A DNA stretch of 64,000 nt, taken from positions 7,626,001-7,690,000 of the forward strand of contig NC_042999.1 in NCBI RefSeq assembly GCF_006345805.1, read 5' to 3'. The first letter of the stretch is position 1. Every line of letters begins with the position of its first letter. The translations under genes and the position numbers were made by a program. This stretch comes from Octopus sinensis (taxonomy: Eukaryota). Positions 54,001 to 64,000 of this stretch are shown here, piece by piece. The notes under the pieces were generated by a model. The model was given only the letters and a program-made list of their open reading frames with translations. It was not told the DNA's origin and made no database searches.

Positions 54001-54792
54001 GAAATCATTCCGATTGTATCTCTATCAATTTTAGTAAGGGCTTCGAACGCTAAACATAATTCATTAAACTTTTAATAAGACACATTTTTCAAGGCCTATA
54101 TAATAAAAGAATGAAACAGTGAAAAGATTGTTGTTCTCTTCTTTTGTCTATCACACTAAACGAACATAAAAAGCCACGCTCGGAAATGTTTAGTTTTGTA
54201 GCTGAGCGAAGGGTATAGATAGAGGGGAGATGTTAGCAACCTTTCAGTTGATAGATCGTAAAATTTATCTCAAGAAAGGTGTTTTGTTGATTTATTGAAC
54301 AAAATATTTAACATATTGTGGAATCTTGAAAAAAAAAAACCGTTTTAATATTTGTTTTACTGTCTCTAGTTGACATTCAACTTCATCTTCTATCGATTTA
54401 TCTGTCGTCTGCCTCTACGTATTGCTTCTTTCTTTCTCTCGCATTCTCTCACATCTCAGTTCCCCTCTTTCTCCTTCAGCATCTCTCTCTCTCTCTCTTT
54501 CTTTCTCTCTCTTTCTCTTGCACTAGTTTTCATCGTCGTGCTTTATTCCTCCATAATTCTGTGTATTTTTTCCTTCAAACTAATTTTATTTCCATGCCAC
54601 GTTATCTTCCCTCACCTTATCAATAAACTCAATATACTTAATTTGCATCTCTCTCTTACTATGCCTCAATTTCTTCCTTCCTTTCACTTCTCTCTTTCTC
54701 TCTCTCTCTCTCTTTTTGTTTCATTTTTATTCCATATCCCCACTACCCGCCTCTCTCCCTCCCTCTCTCATTTTTCTCAATTTGACTTTCCG

Positions 54793-54840
<48 letters not shown>

Positions 54841-55057
54841 GCACATATATATATATATACGTAAGTACGCACACCACGCATATATATATATATGTATATA
54901 TATATATATGTATATACATATACATACATACATGCATATATATATATATAAGTGCACACGCACCAACACATATATATAGTTTGATGGATAGGTAGATACA
55001 AGCACACACAGATATATACATACATGTATATATATAATATATATATAATATATATAT

Positions 55058-55090
<33 letters not shown>

Positions 55091-55156
55091 GTGTGTGTGT
55101 AAGTGTGCATGTGTTATGTATACATATATACATACATACATATATATTATATATAT

Positions 55157-55187
<31 letters not shown>

Positions 55188-56751
55188 GGATATATATATA
55201 TATATTCATATGTATATATATATGTGTGTGTGTGCATACATATGCATATATAAATATATCTATATATATATGTGTATATATATCGATATACATGCACTCA
55301 CACACACACACACACATATATATATAAATAGATATATATGCATATATATATATATAATATACATATATTATATATATATATTATATATATATATATATAT
55401 ATATGTATATACGCGTGTGCGCGTGTGTGTGATGCAGAATACTTTGCTGATCTAATACTGCACTCCTCAATAATAACGAATACATATGCGTTTGTATGTG
55501 TATGTGCGTGTATGTGCTTGTGTGTGTGTGTATGTGTTTGTGTGTGTGTGTGTGTATTTGTATAATATACACGAGTCCATTTATCTCCGTCAACACACCG
55601 ACAGATATATTCACACCTGCATACGTACGTACACATACACTCGCCTATACATATATAAAATCTCTCTCTCAAACACACACACACACAACCTATCTCAGTT
55701 TTATTTCCTCTTGAATTTTTCTAGTTTCTTCCATTCATCCTGCCACACCAAATTTTTTTTTTCCCAAACATTTTGTTGTCTTCAGCTTTAAACACAAAAA
55801 CCATTCTACCAACAAATACATTTTTTTCTCAGACACAAAACAAAAACGAATAATTTTCTTTAAAACGTAACAAACCAAACTATCTCACACGTATTTAATT
55901 CTCATAAAAGAAAATTACGACAACGACAGAGAACGTAAGAAAAGACCTGCTTAAGAAACACAATGGAACTTTATCGAAAACACGAAGCCAATAAAACGAA
56001 TTAAAGGACAAATTTGAAAAGATTCAAATAATTATTGAAATAATATGCTGATTAAAAAGAAATTAACGAATTGCAGTTGTATTTATATTTCTCTCCATTC
56101 CATGCTTTCTTAAGTAACGAATAACTGTGTGTGTATATATGCGTGTATATGCTTGCGTATATATGCTTGCGTGTATATGCTTGCGTGTATATGCTATATG
56201 AGTGTGGTGCGTGTAGTGTGCGTACATGTATGTGCGTGTGTTTGTGTGTCAGAGAGGGAGAGAGAGAAAGAAAGAGAGATGTGTGAGTGTATGTGTATAT
56301 GTATGTGTGTAGGTATGTAGGTGTGTATGTGTGTGTTATCTTCATTAGCATTCATAAGTTCGTTAATTACAGTATTTAAAATATTTAGCTCACAGTTTCT
56401 ATGATACTTCCTATGCACATAGATGCGCACACAACCAATTATGCACATCTGTCTCTTCTCTTCGCTCATTCGCAGTCATTGCTTCCATCTTTCCTGCTTT
56501 CTCTCTTTCTCTTCCTCTGTATATACATACATAGATACATACATATATATATATATAATAATTATTATTTTCTAATTCGTTATATACATATATATATACA
56601 TATTTATATATACACATATATTTTCTAATAATATATTATTATCAATATTAGGAAATCAATATCAAAACTCCTCAGAAAGATATACACGTGTGAAAAATAA
56701 TTGTTGTATTAAAAATATATAAAATATAAATATGTATATAAATATACGTAA

Positions 56752-56782
<31 letters not shown>

Positions 56783-56848
56783 AACACACACACACACATA
56801 TATATATATATTATATATATATATATATATATAAACACACACACACAC

Positions 56849-56890
<42 letters not shown>

Positions 56891-57143
56891 TCTTTTATAT
56901 ATAAATAAGCATATTTTAAAATTGCATTTTCAAACCTTCTTTCATATATAATTGCACTCGTGCGATACCTTACAATTCCACTTTGTTATATATATATACA
57001 CACACATACACATATATAATGTCTTACTTTGGCATACAGACACACTCATACTCACCAACATATACCACCACACACTAACGTTCACCAAGACACTCGTATT
57101 TCTTTGCATTTACGCATGTATGTATTTTGAGTATACACACACA

Positions 57144-57194
<51 letters not shown>

Positions 57195-58308
57195 GCACAC
57201 ACACATTCGTACACGCAGTTTTCCCTTGTGTCTAAGTATGAATATTAATATACGTGATAATACAACTTCAAAACGAAACCATCATCCCACCTTTTGCTAT
57301 TATATTTAATCAAGGCTTAATACTGACATAGATTCGTTACAGATTCACCTCCTGCTATTCTCCACACGTAATCTGGAAAATCCAGTCGCTAATCTCAAAG
57401 ATACCTCACTACACTCCGTTCGTAGAAGCTGCCCTCTTCTGACCTGCTCTTATCCTTCCTCAGAAAGTGGTTGTTCTTCACAAATAGTGATAATCTGTAA
57501 CAAATTCTTCAATTATCAATTCAATGCGAAACCATTCTAATCTATAGAAACACCAAACAGCACCGTTCGTCGAAAAGAAGGTTAAACTCTCTGACCCTGA
57601 TAACTTTTGACCTATAAACATCAATTTTTAGATTTCCACAGAGATGGGATCTATTGCAAATTTTTAAAAAATGTATTTATTACTGAATACCGGCGTGATT
57701 ATTTGAAGAAAAATTTCCCGGAGAATCGATTGTTTTTCTAAGTTGCATACCACAGATTTCTTGTCTTTAAGAACGTCAAGACAATCCATTCCATTCTTCT
57801 ACTTTCGACTCGACTCTCTCTGTCAAGAGATCGTCCTGTTTATGCGTGCCAGCTCATTAGAACCCTTTTCAAATCTGATCATTCCACTGCAGTGTGCGGA
57901 GATGCTCTTTTCTCAAACGCATAAACTATTGACACTTCTATTATCCGTATTCAGTGACGACTTCGATGCTTTTTCATCTGTCCGTCAGTGTTCTGTGTAA
58001 ACGATGTCCAACGGTTTCACTTCACGGAAGCATGTTGCACATTGTTCATCCATGATTGAATTAACAGAGAACTTGCAAAATGTTGGTCGCGTTCTATCTT
58101 TCGGCAAAGTCGTTTTTTGTTTCATGTCAGCGACGATAACTGGCCATGGATATTTTCCACCACATCAACAAGAAGGAAACTGAAAATGTAGAAACCCACC
58201 CCCAATACTACGTGAGTTAAAGCGAAATATAAATACTAAACACGAAAATAAAGCAGACATTTTAAACTACACCCGATTGAAATATTGTCGATTACAACAA
58301 TAGAACAA

Positions 58309-58457
58309 TACAGTTCTATATTTAAGAGACGAGGAATTATGTACATTATTTACATTATTTACATTTGACGGATATTTGTCCTCATCTTGTTTGTTGTTAA
58401 CACAACGTTTCGGCTGATAAACGCTCCAGCCTTGATCAGGTGTCTTGCGGAAATTTT
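58309..58457 (-). mobile_element. Copy of the 1-391 tail with hammerhead at 58399-58444 (G8C)
   Basis: Minus strand GACAC-CTGATCA-A-GGCTG...CAGCC-GAAA-CG-TT-GTGTT. Confidence 0.75.
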
Positions 58458-58464
58458 GATCCTT

Positions 58465-58850
58465 TTGCCCAGATTTCGATCATTTTGTACAGAGCTTCTG
58501 AGATAGATGAAAGAGTCAACAACCCTTAACAAACATTTTAGGGGCGTTCAAACAGCACCCCTTGCAGGTTGATACATTACAACTGTGTTTTTCAAACTGA
58601 TGGTCAAGCCAAAAAGGTCCACAAGCCGAGTCAAATGCAGATACAAGAGATTGCAGGCCTGTTTCAGAGTGACAGATTAGATCGCAATCGTCAGTGGATA
58701 AGAGTTCCTTAATGAGTAAAGTAAAAAAAAAAGACTTTGTTCTGAATTTCAGTCCGGTCAGATAAAAAAAACTCCCTGTTGTTCGATATTTTATGTAAAT
58801 ACCCTCCTTGAAGGTTTGAAAAGCGTGTGACCGCACAGCACAATACATCT
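58465..58850 (-). pseudogene. RTE-clade reverse transcriptase fragment
   Basis: EGIYIKYRTTGSFF...IKELLSTDDCDLICHSETGLQSLVSAFDSAC; the F/YADD motif has decayed to STDD. Confidence 0.85.
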
Positions 58851-58952
58851 GTTGCACCGGGACAAAATATGTAGAGGTTAACACTTCCAATTGGTAATGG
58901 TCAGAAGCCACGAGAGCTACTTCCCGGCATTACATCATATGTATGTATGTGC

Positions 58953-59022
<70 letters not shown>

Positions 59023-59319
59023 ATATGTATATATATATATAAGAAGTATTCATTTATGCGCAATTGTGTGCATATGCATCAACATTTATATGTCGGCGGG
59101 GGAGTGCATCCACTGTTGTGCTTCACTGTATGTTCTTGCATCTGCACACGGTAGATTATATACTGTAGATCAACCACTGCATCTGTCAAGGAACATTATT
59201 ATTCAAAGGATAAGTAATAATGGAACGGAAGAATATAATATAGGATTTCAAGAAATGTTAAGAGCAAAATAAATAAAATCGTGATGAGACAAATAAATGA
59301 TGACTGTAATATGTATATG

Positions 59320-59360
<41 letters not shown>

Positions 59361-59362
59361 GT

Positions 59363-59444
<82 letters not shown>

Positions 59445-59688
59445 TATATATTATATATATATATATAAATGCATGTATGTATGTATACATATGTACATTC
59501 ACACACGCATATATAGGTATATATATATATGACTAAATATAAATACATATATATATATAATATATATATATACGTACATGCATGTGTGTGCATAAGGAGG
59601 GAGATGTATATGTGTAAATATATTTGAATTTATAGATAAGTAAATATAACTTTATGCATGTGCGAACATGCATATAACTACCAACCTA

Positions 59689-59730
<42 letters not shown>

Positions 59731-60469
59731 CGTATGTATGTATTTATATATATGTATATATCTATACAGCCATATATATATGTATGTAGAGAGATCTTCA
59801 TAAATATGTTCGAGCGTGCATGCATATATACATACAAATTATACGTGCGTATACACACGATAGTACTTAACAACTTTTGTTAACGCATTTGGTATCAGGC
59901 AGGAACGATGCCAGATATTGTATTCAACCATCAAAAAGAAAGTGCACAGAAGAATTTTAAAACTAAGATTTGGAAATGAAAGTTGAACACGGGAAACATC
60001 AATATTCTGTAGAATTAGTCTACAAATTCAATGGTACAATGCAACATAAGATGCCGAAACTAGAAAAAAAAACCTAATGGAATTTTTTTTTTCAAAACAA
60101 CTATCGTCATGTTTTCAAAACAACATGATACAAGTTAAAGCTGCTCCCATGTATATATGTATATATATATACATATAATTTTTAACTCTTTCCGCCTTTG
60201 TCTCCCCTCTATCTCTCGTTTTCTACTCTTTCCCTTTTACTCCCATTCTGTGCCTTCCTTTCTCTTTATATACACATACGCTTGTATGTATACATGAAAA
60301 TGTATTTTAAATTACATCTCTATCTATTTTTTTTTGTTATATTTCACAAAGAGATCAATAACTGCATAGACTTTAATGCTAGTATAATTTAGTGTACAAT
60401 AAAAATATGCAGGTATATGCGTATGTATGTATATATATGTATATATAATATATATATACATAAGTATAT

Positions 60470-60515
<46 letters not shown>

Positions 60516-60521
60516 CATATA

Positions 60522-61554
60522 TCTTTATATATATAAAACTGAGAATGTGTGTCTGTCTGTCTGTCTGTCTGTGTGTTTCCCTAAAACTTGAGAACTACAC
60601 AACCAATTTCATTCAAATTTTACACATGTCTTACTTAGGGTCCGGGGAGTGTCATCGGTAAAAAGTTCAACTTCTTGCCTAGAGCGAGCCCATAGCAATA
60701 TCATATCTTTTCCACTATTTCAGTATTACGTGTTAAAAGTGAAACAAAAACATTTCTCTATTTTATGTCAGATACTTTCACTTTAACAATAAAAATAATA
60801 ATAACAATTGAATTATATGTACTAAGTAATAATTAAAATCAAACTAAAGTATAATATAATCGTAACATAAAAAGAAATAATAATAGCAATTGGTATGAAA
60901 TTGCATCAAGATTTGAACTTGAATAAGTGGTTTCACATGAATGGGAATAAATTAAAAATAAAATTAGCGTACAGAAATGGAATAGTCTAGATGGATAATA
61001 AAAAATTAAATTAAAGAAAAGACTATTGTCTATAAAGTATATAATGTAGAGAAAAAAGATTTGAACATATTGAGGAAAGCACCTTCGAAAAGTGTCTTGG
61101 TACGATTATGAAAGACATCTAATCAGAGGCGGTAAATTCGCCACAATAGAAGCAAGGTTCGAGTCAATGGAGCGTGCAAAGGAGTACTCGACTCGAACTT
61201 GCAAAGTGGAAATATTTTATTTTTACCTTTATATCTGGGACGTAGGACTTCACTGAAAAAAGTTAAAAATGCCCCCCACCCCAGAAGTAGAGGTAGGCTG
61301 GATTGTAGCCACACTTCTATACAAGAGGGAGGACAAGATACAATTGATCGAAATTACAAGAGACGGGCTAACAATTCTAGTCTGTTATATATTTTGAGTA
61401 TTGTTATCACTAGCGATATCAAGATATAACTTTGTATTTTGTATTTTATGTGTAGATGTATATATATAGATGTACATGTAATATGTACACATATATATAC
61501 ACATATATACATGCACTAGCACTATGACCCGCAACGACGGGTTTTTAATGCTAG
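60522..61554 (+). mobile_element. Probable non-autonomous Helitron
   Basis: A^TC 5' end (TCTTTATATATATAAAA followed by (TGTC)n). 3' hairpin ACCCG-caacga-CGGGT, then CTAG^T. Confidence 0.55.
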
Positions 61555-61589
61555 TATATATATATAAATGTCTATATGTATATATATAT

Positions 61590-61653
<64 letters not shown>

Positions 61654-62139
61654 CATATATATATGCACATACATACACACGCACATATATACACACACAC
61701 ATACATACTGAAATATTTTGTTTTCTAATTCTATTTTTCTCTAACCCCTGGTCTCATAAGGGTGGTTATCAGGTTTTCATGGCATATAAGAGACCGAGAG
61801 TACAATATTAGCCTTGAACTGCTCCTTTAGCAATCCGAAAAGATATCAGTTTGCCTCATATCTGGATACAGTGAGTCCATGATTTAACCTTCACAGTTTG
61901 AAATTCAATAGGTTGCATGCAACCAAGAAAACCCTCGTTGAAATGTTCTGATGTTTCTAATAAAACTTCAATTCTTTGCCTATTTTTTTCTTCAATAAAC
62001 TCTGTTGAGTTGTCCTTATTTTTCTCCTGAATGTTTCCATTAGTAGAGATAATTCATGGACACCTGATTATTTAAGTTTTCAATTGTTTATGTATATGAA
62101 TCAATGAGAGGAATTTAGTCTGGTCACAACACGGCAATT

Positions 62140-62420
62140 CACACCTTGTCATTCCCTACGTTCAATTCTTGGCATTTTGCTGGGACAGACCAAGAAATGA
62201 AGCGGTGATGAGAAAAGCTGTCAAGCGGTGGATAGGGTTTACTGGCCGTATGTTTCGGTTATCGCAGGAGAGACACACTACGCTTGTGATCGAGTGGATG
62301 CCTGAAGGAGGGAAGGACCGAACGGATGACTAAAGAAGGTGTGTCACAGTACATATCAGGGAGACATGATAATGATGGAAGTTGGCTCGAATGGAAATAA
62401 AAGATAATCGTAGAATGGTG
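62140..62420 (+). pseudogene. Degenerate RTE-like LINE 3' coding fragment
   Basis: HSLRSILGI, RNEAVMRK and GRMFRLSQERHTTLVIEWMPEG fragments. Confidence 0.45.
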
Positions 62421-62589
62421 ATGTTTGGAGAAGGCTCGTTACCCGTTGAGCTAACATTGGAGCATCAAAGTGCTACAAGAGATGTGTGTGCATGTGTGTG
62501 CATGTGTGTGCAGCCTAGTGTTTCCATTTGGACAGACAATGTACCATACACACACACACATACGATATATATTTGAGTGTTTGTGTATG

Positions 62590-62631
<42 letters not shown>

Positions 62632-62716
62632 TGTATAAATAAATCTGTTCTTCGTATGAAACAATTGTACTGAACAACTAATCCATTCTTGTTGCTTTTT
62701 TCCTGTATATATATAT

Positions 62717-62784
<68 letters not shown>

Positions 62785-63435
62785 AGAAAACAAAACATGG
62801 AACAAGAACGTAATTGGAGACAACAAATCATCCGGACACTTAGACAGTACAAAGAAAGGACAAGAAGAAATAAGGACGGGGCATTCAGAGCTTCCTATCC
62901 TCAGTCGAGTAGCAGATTATCATAGCAGTTTCGGCCGGTTACACTCAAGACTGCTCCAATCTGGGCGGCCCCAAGAAACTCTAAGCTAAGAGCACTAGAT
63001 TCCTTGGAAGAAAGTAAGCGAATGTATGCAAAAATAGGGACGGAAAAAATGGAGAAATGGTACACAATTACAAATACAAATAACAGGACATTAACAACAG
63101 GTGTCTTTCAACTAAGGAAGAATTACATTAAGCTCGCGTGTGTGGAAGTAAAGACTTACGGCAGGGACATAAGGGATGAGAATCATCGGAAGGAATATAA
63201 GTGATGTATCACGGGTTGTAGTCGAACCAAGAAAGAATGATCAGGCTTCGCGGATCACACGCATACATATGTATTTCGTCTAGGGCTAGGTTTGTATATA
63301 CATGCAATACCCAATTAACAACATTCAACAAGAAAATTTAAATTAAATTAATAGCTTCAACATGAAATTTAAACTTAATTTAATTTCTGTATTTGAACTA
63401 ACTGGATGTGAAATATATATGTGTGTATATATATA

Positions 63436-63633
63436 TCACCATGATCACCGTGACCGACCTGGCTATCAGATGTAGTTACACATCGCTGGTCACAATGCGT
63501 TCGCATTGTTTTAGCCTTCAAATGACGCCACCCCGCTGGCTAAGCGAGCAGGCCAACAGAAGAAAGAATAAGAGAAAGTTGTGGTGAGAGAGTACAGCAG
63601 GGATCACCACCCCCTGCCGGAGCCTCGTGGAGC
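63436..63633 (-). mobile_element. SINE family C tail
   Basis: Reverse complement of 41163-41340. Confidence 0.85.
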
Positions 63634-63635
63634 TG

Positions 63636-63718
<83 letters not shown>

Positions 63719-63788
63719 GTATATATATATGTATATATATATATATATATTATATATATATAATATATATATATATTATATATATATA

Positions 63789-63819
<31 letters not shown>

Positions 63820-63822
63820 AAT

Positions 63823-63860
<38 letters not shown>

Positions 63861-63873
63861 TATTTTTACAATT

Positions 63874-63912
<39 letters not shown>

Positions 63913-63914
<2 letters not shown>

Positions 63915-63990
63915 CTAAATGCAATACAACATCACGGAGGAATCGACGTAAGCTTAAATAATAAACCGCAATACGGCAAGCGATTACTGT
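63913..63990 (-). mobile_element. Tigger-like MITE fragment
   Basis: Ends GATTACTG-TA; matches the 5' part of 40338-40425. Confidence 0.7.
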
Positions 63991-64000
63991 ATACAAATTT

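Noticed and set aside
62875-62980. Hammerhead-like CTGAGGA and GGCCGAAA motifs on the minus strand
   Set aside because: Core halves and stems do not assemble convincingly, although the (TA)n-flanked repeat may be PLE-derived.

Overview
AT-rich eukaryotic, repeat-dominated DNA with no host protein-coding gene I can support. Most listed ORFs are translations of (TA)n, (TATG)n, (CA)n or trinucleotide microsatellites. The SINE families and microsatellite load suggest an octopus/coleoid intron or intergenic region (inference). Recognisable elements: a full-length decayed mariner (6286-7576); two Penelope-like element (PLE) 3' remnants with GIY-YIG sequence and inverted terminal copies (3102-4545, 22625-24010); an R4/Dong-like RLE retrotransposon (17.5-19.0 kb); a Ty3/Gypsy remnant lacking RT (50.0-53.6 kb); RTE/CR1 fragments; Tigger and piggyBac MITEs; a probable non-autonomous Helitron; and dozens of tRNA-derived SINE copies. 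The main signal is about ten minimal type I hammerhead ribozyme (HHR) motifs from several unrelated short repeat families, mostly in inverted-repeat cassettes and often embedded in (TA)n. Their catalytic cores are non-canonical: U3-A8 and G3-C8 compensatory swaps, U4C and A6U. They include a 360-bp circularly permuted retrozyme-like unit (15813-16416) and a tRNA-headed HHR element (1-391). All RNA structures were read by eye; none was computed or tested. Boundaries of decayed repeats are approximate.
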